Program-made: the position numbers and the translations under genes
Notes under the pieces: model-generated
Told to the model about the DNA's origin: nothing
Database searches by the model: none
What the model saw: the letters and a program-made list of their open reading frames with translations, nothing else
Shown: piece after piece, positions 36,500 to 51,073 of the stretch
How the letters are laid out: the number at the start of each line of letters is the position of its first letter
Position numbering within the stretch: position 1 is the first letter of the stretch
Assembly: GCF_036321535.1 (NCBI RefSeq)
Contig: NC_087436.1
Coordinates: 23,252,001 to 23,316,000, forward strand
Source of the DNA: Camelus dromedarius
Taxonomy: Eukaryota
Reading direction: 5' to 3'
DNA: 64,000 bases

Positions 36500-36919
36500 G
36501 TGTGCTGCAGGTATCACTTTGCTCAGACCACTTTAGTGCCCGCTGGCTTGACTTCTTGTCAACATGTCAGCACCTGTATTTTTTTAGGGTCTTCTGGCCA
36601 CTGGAGACATCCCTGCCCACCTGTGCATGGGGCACTAGAAGAGCAGGGCAAGTAACACACCCCTGGGAGCAGCCCTTGACCAGTAACTGTGGGAGTTGGT
36701 GTGAGTATCTCAGGCCCCTTGCTGTCAGGTGGAATTCCTCTGAGGGGTCGAAATCCAGTGGCAGAGTGGTATTTTGCCTACCTCAGACACTGCTCAGGGA
36801 TGACTTCAAGTCCCTCGTTCAGTTCCATACTCTCTCACCAGGGTTTCCTGGGGTCACCTCCCAAATGAATTACAATCCTTGTTTTGATGGCTGACGCTGG
36901 GAGAATCTAAACTAAGGCC
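36500..36919 (+). mobile_element. ERVL LTR16-like solo LTR
   Basis: GGGAGCAGCCCTTGACCAGT...TTCCTGGGGTCACCTCCCAAAT...AAACTAAGGCA terminus; 5' boundary approximate. Confidence 0.6.
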
Positions 36920-37778
36920 AACCACAGCCTTAGAGTAGCATGTTTCAAGAACAAGGAAGGAAACATAAAATTTCATTTCTTTGCTGGGATCCTGGTCTGG
37001 CCATGGGCAGTAGTGACAAGTTGTTCCTCCTTGACCAAATTTTAGTCAGGAGCCTCAGTGTTTATCAATACTGTTAAGTCTTTTCAAACAACATTTTATT
37101 CTTGTTGATCCTTTATTTTTATTGTGTTTATGTTTTCTTTTTTATGCATCTAAGCTGTTGTTTTTAACATTCCCTTCTCTATTTTCTTCAAGTTTATTTT
37201 GTACTTCCCCATCAAACTCCTTGCTTCATCTTTCATTTTAAGCTCTTCTTTATTCTAATATACATTTAAAATTATAATTAGTACTAACTATAATAAGTAC
37301 TGCTTTAGCTGTACCCAGCCAATTCCATATGTAGTATTTTTTATTTAGTTCAAAATTAGATACACAAACACACACACACTGGAATGCTTTGCAGCTGTAA
37401 AAAATACAGAATAAGGAAGCTATGTGTTAATATAAAAATAGATCTTTGATACATTGTAAAGTTCAGAAAAACAAACTGCCGTACTGTATGAATATTCCTA
37501 TCCTTTCTAAGAATGAGGGAGTAGGGCGGTGGTTTCTTTTCTGTTCTCATAACCAATTGCTCTTATCCAGTAACATCTTAAATAGGTAATTGGTGGACAG
37601 TTAAAGTCACAAAAATTTTAACAATATCTATATTCTGACTTACTCTATAGGAACATGATTAAAGGATCAAATAAGAAAAGTATTATTTCATGAACATAAA
37701 TGACTTAAATAAAGGATGGGGAAGATGGGAAGAGAGCAGAAGTATTAACAGAAAGGCTTATAACAATTTCAACGTGTT

Positions 37779-37784
37779 TTTATT
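37779..37784 (-). terminator. ELMOD2: Probable distal ELMOD2 polyadenylation signal
   Basis: TTTATT on + (AATAAA on -) at the end of ~3.4 kb of AT-rich sequence downstream of the ELMOD2 stop. Confidence 0.55.
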
Positions 37785-40700
37785 TGCTCACAACATTCCG
37801 AACAAAGTGACATCACATTTCAACTATTGCTTTTACATAAGAAGTTAATTGCTTTATCCAAAGTAGACAAAAAGCTATTTCTTTAAGTTGCCAACCAGCA
37901 CTCTTTCCCCCAGGGAAAGCTACTGCTTAAATATTTTTTGAATACTGTTGTTTAGCAGAAACATAGACTTGCCCTATAACAGTGATGTAGTAGCTGGGTC
38001 TCACCTGCACTACATTTGACATTTTTCTTATCCAAAGTTGAAGCCAGGGGGAAAAAAGCTCGCTCATGGGTTCTCTCAGATTTTTACCAATTCCATTAAT
38101 CTTAATTAAAAAAAACTGCTTGTATGGAGAGGTGCATAAATATGAAAGTGGAAATTAAGCCTCCCCAGAAGTTGGGTGGACTATTTGTCCTGAGAAAGTA
38201 GCTGCTGGTCCCCAATCATTAATTCAAGAAGAAGAATAAACATTATTGCCCTCCAAGTCAAACTTCTCTTCTGTGCCAAGACAACATGCAGCCTTTTCTG
38301 CTCAAGAAATGAACATTCCACTTTCACACTCATGTAATGCTTCTCCTTTGAGCAAATCTTTGACCAAGTTCTGTTTCACTGAATGCAAAGGGGAGAAATG
38401 GTACATAAACAATCATGAACACTGGAATAAAAATGAAGAGTACATATATTCTCACATAGAAAAATACATACAAATCCAAGTAGCTCCTAAAATAGAAAAA
38501 AATCAGGAAGGGCATTTTTAAGAAAACAATTCTGTTTTCCAAATTGTAAGTGGTGCTAGCAAGACACTGAGTTTTCTATCTAACTCTATCACCACATTTA
38601 TATACAAAGAGGGGTTGGTCTAGGTTCACTGATATCCCCTGATTTCTCTCGTTTCTTTAAAGATTGTCTTTCAGAACGTATTTGAACTACAGCCACTGTA
38701 ATTATATTCTTAGACTATTTTTGTCACTGGTAGACTCTTTAGTCTGGCACATACAAAAATTCATTTCAACACTGATGCACTTTTTTGATGCTAAAACAAT
38801 TTTCCTGCTACTTCAAGTCTATCACTACTTTGGTATTTTATTAATTATTATAGAAACAGGTTAAGATTTTGTTTATGGATTTTTAGACTACCTAAAATTC
38901 TAACATACGTATGTTGAAAGCAAGGAAAAGTAGGAAGGCAGACACAATTACCACATTTTTCTTTTCATGTACATCACTATCACATAAAAGTCAGAAGGCT
39001 CATGTTACATTCTAATTTACAACTGGTGACACTTGGCTTCCAGACTATCAAACCTTAGAATCTGTTGGTGGCTTTTACTACCAATTTACTACAGAACTAT
39101 TTGAAATGGTTACTAATTATTTTAAGCAAAAACAGAACAATATCTATTTATACAAAGAGGTGGACTTAGAAGACATATTATTGAGCAAAATTTCTAATGA
39201 CATTTAAAAAACATTACTAAAAAGTTTTATTTTTCCATAGAAGGGGAAAACTTAATTGAAAAGTTTCCTCTTCCCTACTTGAAACATTCTTTTATTAAGG
39301 ACACTGACAAGGTTTAAATCAGTTCAATACCTCATCTGTTAAAAGATTAAAACATAAAAGATAAGTATTTTCTAAACAAAAATTAGAAGACTAACAAAAC
39401 TGCTTTCCATGTAATAGTAAACATTTGGATAAAATGAACTTTAATGGTTAGTACCTGATCCTTATTTCACAGAACTCTAGCTGGATGATAAAACATAGAA
39501 AACATTTAAAGAAACTAAGTTAAGATAACTCACAAGGTTGAGAAGTCTCCTACAAAAAAACAGTTTTAAAATTCCTATAATACTGAAAAGCTAAACTACC
39601 ACTATTGTAATAAAATGAGCCCAATTTTAAAGTTTTATCTTGTTGAGAAAGTAAGAATTTTAATGCATGCACTTTTAATATATGTGCTCAACAACACTGC
39701 ATCTATTATTTTCCAGTAGGATATTTTTTTTAACCACTCTTCTCCTTGGCAGGTTTGAAGAGAGAGGTTTATCGATGACATGAACAAATACTTGAAAGTC
39801 TCAGGTCTTGCTTTGTCACATAAAAGACAGTCCTTTAACACTTGATATATACCACCTTAAAGGTGTGCTAACTGTGATGTTTTAGATTAAATTACGTGTT
39901 TAATAGGCTGGTTTCTGCAGGATTTAAGGAGAATTAAGTAATCAGATGAACCTATCTTTAAACTCTTTTAGTTTTGCTATGAGTACAAATGTCTAAAGCA
40001 CACAAAGAAGAACTCATTCCCATTAGAATCTCATCACTATATAACCCTTGACAGCACTTGCTGCTCTCCTGAGGTTTGGGGGGAATAAAGCTATACAAAA
40101 TGCACAGTCATCATCCTCAGGCTACTGTGGAATCCCACAGACTGTTAACTCAAAGGATACCCACAAAGTCCACTCATCATTACCTAGAAACCCAGTGGAG
40201 TCAAAGCAAAGAAAAGCAAGACTTAACAGCAAGTAAAATGAACCAACTGATGTTTAACTGAGATATTTAAAAAGCTTTGTTTTCCTCTTGTTAAAAATTC
40301 CAACACAGCTTTATTGAACTAGCACCTGTCCTTTGAATACAATCAAGATTTTCTTAGCAAATGCATCTCTTTTCATAAACATATAGGGAAGCCTCATTAA
40401 AAGGCCCTGACACCAAGCACTAAGGTTCTTTAACTGATAAAAAGCAAATGCTGAAGATGAGAAAATGACTTTAAGCTTTAAAATAACACTGTGATATTTT
40501 AAAGTGTGGTATTAAAAAAAAAAAGCTAATCATCAATACTGTCATTCTCTGGTTATCTATTACACGAAATTATCAGAGAAACCAAAAAAGAGGCTATAAT
40601 TCTTTGTCTTCTCTGATATTTCTATATGCTCTTGTTGCTCCTACTAAGGAGACATTACGATGTGTGATTGAGATGCAAAGAAAGAAAACCATGAACTATT

Positions 40701-41153
40701 CTATTAACCTAGAAATAAAATAAGACAAAGAAAATAAAAAACAATCATTTCCAGACTAAAAAACAAAGTCGTAACAGAGCTTTGAAAAGATACCAACTTC
40801 ATGGCTACAACATATAAAAATTAAAATTGATTTTTACACATTTTAATCAACCAATTCTATAAATACCTGATTTGTACTTTTACACTAAATGGGCTAAGTC
40901 CCAAGTTCCAAACTGTAGTTCATATGACTCTACAGAGAGGATCTTTGGAAGAATAAGGTACCTTTGGAGGACAGTGTATAAACAAGTGTAAACATACACT
41001 GATTGTCCACTAGCTTTCTTAAATAGAATTTCTGAAATATTTTTGTAGGAAATTATATATAAGGAGTGTAATTGATCGGATAATTTCTATTACAACATAT
41101 AAATTCTGTCGTGTGTGCAAAATGTGGTAAAAATAGAAGATGCTACAGATGAT

Positions 41154-41299
41154 TCATATGTTTAAAGTAAGTGATACATTACAATCCAGTAAGAGTCCTT
41201 TAATCTTTTCATGAAATTTCTCTCTATACACGTTGAAATACATAATGCTTTCTGGTTTTTCTTCAAACCAAAACTTGTCAAATTCATAGACAAGATAAC
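41154..41299 (-). CDS. ELMOD2: ELMOD2 last coding exon
   Basis: ctgcAG|(C)YLVYEFDKFWFEEKPESIMYFNVYREKFHEKIKGLLLDCNVSLTLNI*. Confidence 0.96.
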
Positions 41300-44200
41300 C
41301 TGCAGTTAAAAGAAAAGAAACACACACACACAAAATATAGTGCTCAATAGGGAAATCACATCCAACCATCTCATTTCAAAAGTATATAACCATCCTTTAA
41401 ATTCCATACTAAGATTCAATAATCAGAAACCATATTAAACTACTATAAACCTGAGGAACTTCATAGGAAATATTTTTGTATGTTCAAGATAAATAGCAAT
41501 TTCAATAACATATCTAGTGAACATTTACTTTGTCTCAAAAAGTCAACAAAATCCCTTAAAGAGATACTGTCAAAGGATATCTTGAGAATAGGAAAAAAAG
41601 TTATCCCTAGAAGCCTGAAACTACAAAAAAATGTTGGACGAGGGTGAAGTACAGGGGAGCTGTTTTCTACTTGATTTATAAATCTGAGTCATTTCTGCTT
41701 TGTTCAATGAACTATCAGCACCATCTCTTTAAAAAAAGAATACATGAACTCTAAATACACTTAATATTTTTTCAATATCCTTATTACAGTAGCTAAACTA
41801 ATGCTCAGTTAAAAGCATTTAATGAAAATAAATATGTAAATAGACATATTTACCACAACAAAAAAAATGTGAATTTTAAAAGCACTCCTAAACCTTATTT
41901 GGATTCAACCAAATGTATGAATTTAATTATTTAACAAATGCTACTACAGTCCTCGCCACATGCTCATTCACTCTCACAGCAATCTTGTGATGCACTATGG
42001 CATAATTCCCATTTTTCCAAAGAGGAAACAGAGAAGCAAAAGAGGTTAAATGACTTGCCCAAATCACATAGTTTGCAAGTGGTCTCTATTATGTTATAAA
42101 TTAGACTTTGTTTCCATCAGAATCTCATTCCCTCTTCTGAAAGGCTGTTCAAGAAGGGATAGAAATGACTTAGTTCAGATAAACAGGGGGATAAAGCCAG
42201 TGACCTTACACAAAAGTGTGGCTAGACTATCATAATAGCCTAGTATGAAATAAATGGAAATTCCATTTGAAAACATTAGTCCTAAAGCAAACATTTAAGA
42301 ACCATGACATTTCAACACTGAAATATGACTTCATAAGGTCAACTTAAGAGAGAATTCAGATTAATCCCCTGATATATGATAAAATGGATTTTTATCAACC
42401 AGGACATGTGACAAAATCAAAGAATAAGGCCTCTTTGAGCAGAGGGGGGCCATCTGCTTCCTGTTCCCAAAAGACAAGCTGAGAATGCTAATCTTGTAAT
42501 TATTTTTAACTAATACTTTAAATATTTATTTCATTCTAAATTTATTTTATGTATACATCAGGACAATAGTACATCTATAGAAATTACTCATCCAGGTTTG
42601 GATGGAGTTTGTGGTCTCCCCTACCCCCATGCCCAATATACTGATAGGGATTTACAATTAAAAACTTTGGAAAGTAATGTTCTAGGTAATATGAAAAGTC
42701 AAACATCCACCTAAATTTTATAGAATACAATTTGTTTTAGTATTTCTGGCTATCAGCTTTAGCTCTTTACCATTCTTTTAAGTCCTTTAAATTGCTTTTC
42801 ATTACCTATTCAAATGATGATACAGGTCTGGAATAAACTCAACAGTAAAATATCAGAAATTACTTGCTTCAGAGTGAAGTTGTTAAAATGTAAATTGGTG
42901 TCAGAAAAAGACTGAATCAAAAAATTGAGACTGTAATGGTTAAGTTGATTTAATGAGACCTCAGGAAACTACAAGAGATAACACCAAAATTCTAGGATGC
43001 TGGCAGGCCCATACATGGCATAAGACTCCTAAAGCTTTGCAGAAAGTGACAGAAAAGAGTTGTTTCCATAAAGCACATCTATTGTCCTTTTGACTCTAAG
43101 AGGTTTAAAACATCAGACTTAGTAGAAACACCAAACAAAATTTCTAAACTTAAAATGCCCTATATGCTTCTACTGCCCCTAATCAAAACCCCAGGAGAAT
43201 TTCAGGTTTTCTGACAGGGATTAAAAATAGGAGAACCAAAGAAACAGGGATTAACTGTAACTTGGTGTAAGGGATCTTACTGGGGTGGTAAAAATGCTTT
43301 AAAACTGGATTATGGTAACGGTTGTACAACTTAGTAAATTTATTAAAACTCACTGAATTGTACACTTAAACTAGGTAAATTTTATGGTTTATAAACCTCA
43401 GTAAAGTTGTTACTAGTCATAACTTTTTGTTATACAAATTTGAGGCATTATTTTTTTGGAAGTACCAAACCAATGGTCAGTGACTTCCCAGGATGAGTGA
43501 CTATCTGCTTACATATCAGATGTACACAAGGTGACGATGGAGCCAAGAAGCTACATTACCACTCACTGCATCCAGCCTTGCCCACAGAGAACAACAACAA
43601 CAAAATGGCAGGAGGGATAAATGGGGAAAGGGGAAATGGAGACAGATCACAGGGAAATAAAAACTGTGAAAACTAATCTCTTTATAGCTCTTTCTTCTGG
43701 ACAGAAACTATGACCTTGGAACAGATCTGTACAAACGAATTGGGCTCCGTCCCTCAACAAAAAAGGGTATGTCTGTTCAAAAAATAAGGTTTTCATATTA
43801 TTTTCTAGTTAGAAAATAGGCCCCTTCTAAGAAAAGCAAAGGCTTAATTAAGACATGAAACTTTACTGGTAAAGGGTATAAAAATCAATTTGGGGGTGGA
43901 GGGGGAACTACTGCATAAATAATGGATGTGTGTGTGTCTACGTGTGTGTCTGTGTTTTTGCTTTAAATGTTTTAAGAAATTTGAAAAACATAAGCTTCAC
44001 TGTTTCCAGGATGACCCACAGCTCTTGTGGATCTGACTGACAGAAACAAGGCAACTGAGAAGGTCCTATAATGACCTTTCAATCTCAGATATTACTTTGA
44101 TGCTCCTCCTAGTCAGGAGCCAAACCATGTTGGTGTTGAGGGCACTAGAAGCAACAGCGCCCAAAGATGTCCCAGTTACCCATTTGCAGGGGGAAGAATT

Positions 44201-45460
44201 ACAGGACAGAGATCATTTTGTACTGCTTTTCTACCTATCACTCTCCTATATTTATGTAAATATAATAAAATGCTTAATTTGGGGGAGAGGAGTTTTTTGC
44301 TTGTTTATTTTTATACTTGCTTTATGTTTGATGGGCAGCATTACACAAACATGTATTTTGTAGAGACAGCAAATATCTGGAGGCAGTTAGCAAAGTCCCG
44401 GGAGTTTAGGCACTGTGCTAAAAGTCAGTGAGAGATTTAGGAGAGGAAATCAAACAAGACTAGTAAAGGGACCAGTTCCCAGCAACGAGATGAAAGAAAA
44501 TGACTAGATTTTCATTTTAAATAACTATACCTTCAGTATGGAGATCTAGAAGAGGGTCATCATTGAAAGACTGGGGAAAAGATTATTACAGTAACCTAGT
44601 AACAAAGGCCTAATGTTGTGCAGTTACAATGGGAATGGGAAAAAGCAGACAAATGCAAGAGAAATTTAGGATTTAGACAAACCCAGAATTAAGGATTAAG
44701 TAAGGGCAGAGGTGGTTGTGAGAAAGAGAGACCTGGATGACTCCTTCAAGAATGGAGCTGAAGAAGTTATGGTCTGGCCACTTATTATCTAAGTGCTTTC
44801 CTATATCCTAGCAACATGCAAAAAACCTTCTAGAGACACAAAAAGATCAAGAAAAAGTAGAATATGAAGCCAAGCTAGGTATGAATTCTTTGCTTCTGAG
44901 CAATATCTTCAGAAAATGGGTTTATTCAATTAAAACTTCAGGGATCAAACATCACAATAAAAGTTAATGGAATAGTGGTGATATGATTGCTTTAGGAAAA
45001 GTTATTAAGTAACTTACCACAAGAAAACCTGGCCTTGAAATAAGGTGGTGTGGGGTGGGGAGAATGTGTGTGAGAAGTTCCTTTAAATTAAATCCCTCAC
45101 AAGAGTAACCAAATGATCTATCCTTGACTCATAGCATTCATTAACCAGTACACAAGAAGAAAAAGTCACTTTATAGTTGACAGGAAAAAGGATGCCCACA
45201 GAAAAACTGCATAAATCCTAAATTTGCATACATGTAAAAAACTGCCTCACTGAAGTTTTTAAATTTGCAAATATATAAACTGAAATACATAACACTCTTG
45301 GATAATCTTCCATTATTTTCCAGTTTTTCAAAGATCCTAAATAATAAAATGATAAGCGTAAGTTATACATCTGATAGCAGTACATATTATATATTTTACT
45401 TTCCTAATGATTTAAAAATTCTCTTAGAGATATCTATTTTTAACTCATTTTAATACTCAC

Positions 45461-45594
45461 AATAAAACTGATGAAAGTGTTCCATTGTTGGCATTCCAGG
45501 AACAAAGTTATAGAGGTGAAATTTCAAAGCGTCACTCTTCAGCAAGCTATAAGCCATCTCTGTAAGATTGATTCCAACTATTGCATAAGAATAC
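45461..45594 (-). CDS. ELMOD2: ELMOD2 coding exon (134 nt)
   Basis: YSYAIVGINLTEMAYSLLKSDALKFHLYNFVPGMPTMEHFHQFY; AG/GTGAGT boundaries. Confidence 0.96.
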
Positions 45595-46379
45595 CTATGT
45601 CAGAAATATTATCAGTTATACCAGCTAGCCAAATAGCTCATAAAGTAAATTTTAAATTATGCAAGGAATTAGTAAAAAGTTATTTTGATCCATTTCTAAC
45701 ACAGTATTGATTTCACAATAATCTCTACATATTAAGAAAGTAAACCAGAATAGATGAAAAATTTTGTTCTTTATAGGCTGTTGATTTTCTGGATATAATC
45801 TAAGAAACAAAAATAAAGCTCTGGTCACATGAATATCTAAAACCAAAATCCTTACAAAAAACTAAAGAGTACTACATACACTCTCACTGATTTCTAAAAT
45901 ACACTGGGTAATCTGACATTTCCTCCTCCATTATCTGAGTATTTATTTTTATGATGAAATAGTGTTGTGTGATATTTTTTCAAAGATAGGGATCACTGGA
46001 ATATAAAAAAAAATGATAAGACTAATAATATGACCTCAATTTGCATTTTGCTTTACAAGTTTCAAAGCTATTTCTCATTTTCCTATTCCTATTTCAAAGC
46101 TGTTTCCTCTCTATTTTTAAATGTTTCTCAGAAAAATTTTTATAAGGTCCTTATTTCTATTTTATAGACTATATCTTGTGCTAAAAATATACTGAAATAC
46201 ATACAAAATTGGTTTATGATCACACTCAGCCTTAAAAATAATATATCATGTAATAGCCTTTATAAAGTTCTTATTAATTAAAATCTCACTTTAAAAATAC
46301 CTTGAAATAGTTTCAAATTCAGATCCTCTAATCAACTTAAATTTATGAGCTTACAGTTTCTTTAATATATCCAGCTTAC

Positions 46380-46448
46380 CCTAATTTTGGATGATTTGAA
46401 CGGGAAAGAATCTGATGAGCTTCACTGGTATAATTTTCACTGAAATAT
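46380..46448 (-). CDS. ELMOD2: ELMOD2 coding exon (69 nt)
   Basis: YFSENYTSEAHQILSRSNHPKLG; AG/GTAAG boundaries. Confidence 0.95.
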
Positions 46449-46619
46449 CTGAAAAATTTTGAGAAAAATAATGAAATTAACATGTCATTCAAATTGAAGA
46501 TATCCAGAAGCAATTTTAAAAGCTACTGTCAAAATGACAGTCCTACTGCCAAATCATCCTGATCTCCATCTCAGACCACTTCAATGACTAGAGATGCTTC
46601 TGAATCAAAACTTAATTCT

Positions 46620-46727
46620 TACAAAAATGAATATATGTGTGTATATGTATGACTGAAACATGCTGCACACCAGAAATTGACACAATATTATAAATTGACT
46701 ATACTTCAGTAAAAAAACAAAAAACAC
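46620..46727 (+). mobile_element. Short L1 3' end
   Basis: TSD AACTTAATTCT 46609-46619 / 46728-46738. Confidence 0.8.
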
Positions 46728-49691
46728 AACTTAATTCTGAGCTATCAGGCCTATCTAGTAGGCCCTTGGCTAGACTTTGAAGTATTCTGACAAACAAGTG
46801 GTCTAACAAGAGACTTTTTATCTGCCTTAAAAAAAATTTAGACTTCCATTTGTTTGTTCTAAATTTTCTATAAAATAGTCATCGTGTACCTGTTGGGACA
46901 CTTCCTTTCACCTGAGCTTATTCCTTCTGTTGCAGTTTATATCTGTATTGTTTAAAGCTACTGACAGTGCAATCAGAAGAAAGTCATTAACATTCCTTCT
47001 ACGTTACGTAACTAAAACACTGGCCATAAAACATAAGTATCAGCTGGTACAACAGAGAAATACATAAAGCTATTTGTAGGTTCATATATCCTAATACTAG
47101 TAAACTAATGCAACCTCTGAGTTCTTCAAGATAGGCATCAAATCTTCCGTTCACACTTGGAATCTCCTCGTAAGGTACTGATACTCATACACAAAAGACT
47201 GACCGCATGTTTATGTAAGAATAACAAGTAGAGTAAAACATGGATTTCGGTGGTTTATTTAAATTTTAAAGGGCATAATCATTGAAATTTCATGAAGCAT
47301 AGAAATTTCTAACTAAATGTTCCTTCTCTATTTTTCCTTCTGTAGATTAACACTACAGACTTCCATTTTTTCTTCACTGGCTCTGATTTTCAGCCCATTA
47401 AAACAGCGTATGTTAACTTAGAAGCCCACAAATAAAGGATCATTCATGAATAAAAGGGGATCCATGAACCACCTTAAATTTATTCATACATTTTTCTGTG
47501 TGTACATTTTCCAGGCAAAGAATATACACAACTTTCATCAAATTCTCAAAGGGGACCTGTAAATCCCCAAACAGAAAAACGTCCTGTTTTAGTGCAATGC
47601 TCTCTTCACACACTCTAATTTTCTACTTTATTCCTAGTCTGGCTCTAAAATGCCCTTAGTAAATAGACTATATTTAATTTTTTTACATGATACTCCTAAT
47701 ACAATTCGGTTTTACATCACTATTTCAATAATCAAGCTACCTTAAAAATATTCAGTCTGTAAAACTTTTAATTTCTTTGCTGGGCCCCTATCTTAACAGT
47801 GTCTGAGGAAAATCAGCACGTATGCAGCAAGGAAGCGTATTCCTTACAATCACCTGGACTGACTTATTTTCCTTCTTTCTTCCCTTCTCCTTCCTTTCTA
47901 CCCTCTCTCCTGTCCTATATAACATTTTTGGCCTTAACTTGTATATTTTACTTTCTGCTTCTATTTCCTCATCTATTTAGGTTTTTCTAATCTCTCTTGA
48001 ATTAATTTTTCTGTACAATATCCTCTTTGCTTCTACACCTGCCTCAGCATTCACTAGCATGGTTATCTATCAAACTACCAGCTATCCTTTAAAGCCACAA
48101 AAATTTCAAGAGATTTGATGACAAAGGCCAAGAAATTTTTAAAATTCATTATGTAAGGGTGTCTGAACAGCTCTCCTGCTTCTTGACTGTATCTTTATTT
48201 TGACCCTGAAGAGTCATAGCTCCATACACAGAACAAAAATAGTCAGAGAGGAATTAGAGCTAGTTTTATGTTTTCAACCATCTCTAGTACGTCAATGGCA
48301 ATCAAATAATACATCTGAATTCTGGTCATTTTTCAAGTTAGTAGATACTAGCTCTAAATAGAGTAAAAATACTTGTAAAGCATTTAAAGATCTATCAGAA
48401 TCCCTTTCCGGAGTCTTGAATGAAATCCTGTAAGTTATTTAAATTTTAAGCTAAATTAAATTCTCTTCTAGTAAACGCTGAAAAATCTTGATTTCTGAGG
48501 AAACGAGCCAAAAGCAAGGTTACTCAGCAAAAGTGAAGAAAGGAAACACCAGAAGAATGTGTATCTAATTGAAGTTCAATTATCTGTGTAGTTTACAAGT
48601 ACCAAGAAGACAGATGGTCTTTAAAGGCTAAGAACAAAAGATCAATATGTTCTGAACAATGAATTTTAAAATATTTTATAATTTTTCCAAGTGAAAACAC
48701 ATTGCATTTATTCTACTTAAATTCCGAATGGCAGTTTCTGTTTATCAAAGTGGAAAACTGGCAATCTCACTTTTGTAATTATAATTATTAAGACTACTGG
48801 GTTTTATCTTTGAGAAGTAGACATACAAGGAATTTTCATACTCATAAAACTTAGGTATCATGGAAAATTAAATACTTTTATAATTAAAAATAATTATAGA
48901 TGGTGAAGCCCTACTGTGTCTTCTATTTTGCCCCACAACACCCTTATCCCTACTGACCTAGGTATTTTTCCTCAATATTAACATAATCTAGCTCAGTTTC
49001 AGGATTAATTTTTTCATGGTAACAATTATCCAAACTTTGTTAATGGCTAGGGTTTCCATTCTAGGTACTACAGAGTCTATAAATCACAATTCAAGGACAG
49101 ACCCAAACACTAGAATCTTTCCATCTGCATATTCATATCCATATTAACCTTACAGTTTATTTTCTAAAACAGTTTTGACTACCAATTCTGATTTTAGTTG
49201 CATATTTTGAGATTTCATATGTGTGCCCAAGCATAAGTATTAAAGAGAAAAAAAAGAGGGAGCTCATATGGCCTCTGAAAAGTGAGATATAGATCGCTCA
49301 TCACAGATGGCAAAGAATAAGTGTGAAGAGGCTTTACTATCATCTCTGGTTATATCTCCTAACTAGAATCAGAGAGCCAAGAGAGAAGAGGCAGGAGGAT
49401 AAAAAGAGTGAGAAGAGAGTACACATAGTCCCTTAAAAGGCATCAGAAAGGAGGTCAGGAAGAGAAAGAAAGAGGAAAGTTACTGGTAAGTAAAGCAGTC
49501 ACACACACACAAAGTATGTGGTCAACATCTTCATATTGTTGCCAGCACATTAGTAAATACTTTAAGCACAACAGCTATTAAAATTCAGAGATAGTATGAA
49601 ACAACTGGATTAATTCTTACTAGAATTTAACAAGATTGGAGATTACATGTAATTTCATTTACAGAAGAAAAGAAAGTTTATTTTCACTTAC

Positions 49692-49825
49692 ACAAGATTG
49701 ATTAATCCAAGCAGGCCCATGCCTCTGAAGTCTGTTTTGGGATCATCACCCTGGAAACCAATGTCAGCCCACTGCTTGGAGATTCTGGCCTTCAACTTTT
49801 TCGTGGGCATTAGAAGATTCCAAAG
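49692..49825 (-). CDS. ELMOD2: ELMOD2 coding exon (134 nt) with the ELMOD GAP motif
   Basis: LWNLLMPTKKLKARISKQWADIGFQGDDPKTDFRGMGLLGLINLV; WxxxGFQxxxPxTDFRGxG motif with catalytic Arg. Confidence 0.97.
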
Positions 49826-50943
49826 CTGTACAAACATGCTTCCATATTACAAATAATAGTGATGCTCTTCATTTACCAAGACATTTTCCTTCTCATAGCT
49901 GATGTACTAGTAACTTGAACGCTTTCAACTAAGCAACTTTTGTAGACAAATCATAGGCTCAATGAAGGCTGTATTTAAAGAACTTTTCAATTATCCTAAA
50001 AAATGTAACATACTTATTCCAATTCAAAAGATTGATATAAAGAACAGTAGATTTTAAAAAGGCAACAAATACACAAAATTCTAAGACAATGAGATGTCTT
50101 TACTGACTAAGTAACATATATATATCAGAATTGGTAAACTGCTTCCTGGAGAAGAACACAGTGCTAGCCAGGCACTGCTGGCAACTGGCTCTTCACCTCT
50201 AAAGGAGTTTCATGATGAATCACCAAGATGAAAATTCCCTTGACTGAAATGCTAGGACTTGTGTCTTACCCCTTCAAAAGGGAAAGTACTGCACAGAAAG
50301 GGTCTGAAGTTAAGGAAATAGTGATGACAAGGAGGATATAAAGAGTGGTCCAGCCTCAGGGAGTGCCAGGCACTATTCTAACACTTTAAATACAAAAATT
50401 CAATCCACAGCAACAGCCCTTTAGTTACTTTTATTATCCTCATTGACAAAATCAAGTTTTATTTTTAATTTTAAAATTAGTAGAAGTGTATATTTATACT
50501 CTTTCTGAAAAAAAGTAAAAGGTTTTATTGTTCTTAAGCTTGTCTCTTACTGTTACTCAGATGCTATCAACATACTTTTCCCCAGCACTTTTAGTTCTAG
50601 CAAATGCCTAACTCCAGGAGCAATGTGCCATTTTCCCTAATTTTAACCATTTAAAAACACAACCAGAATAGGTGAAGTGGATGGGCAGGTGACTCAGCTG
50701 TATTTCAGAATTCACCATTCTAGGACCTTCTAAAGCAAATTACTTCATCTCCTCTAGGCCCTAGAACTGACCTCATCCCTAAAATGAACGTTCTAGATCA
50801 GATGATCTGGAAAGCTTACTCCAGGTCTAATATTCTCTCATTTCGGCATCTCACTGGCCTTATGCACTCATACTTCAGGAACAAGAAACAGGAAGGTTCA
50901 GGTAAATTTATTTACTCTCCAAACATACAACACCAAAACTTAC

Positions 50944-51073
50944 CTTGAGAAGGAGCTTTTCATGTTGCAGGTTATCGGAATCATACGGCCTTTTTCTCAC
51001 ATTCTCTACAGACAGATAGAGCTGTTTATAACCGGATATCTGCAGTAAGCATGCCTTCATGCAGATTTTAAAA
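50944..51073 (-). CDS. ELMOD2: ELMOD2 coding exon (130 nt)
   Basis: FKICMKACLLQISGYKQLYLSVENVRKRPYDSDNLQHEKLLLK; AG/GTAAG boundaries. Confidence 0.96.

Noticed and set aside
36163..36894. 243-aa ORF after UCP1
   Set aside because: Starts at TTG, runs into an LTR remnant, no recognisable domain.
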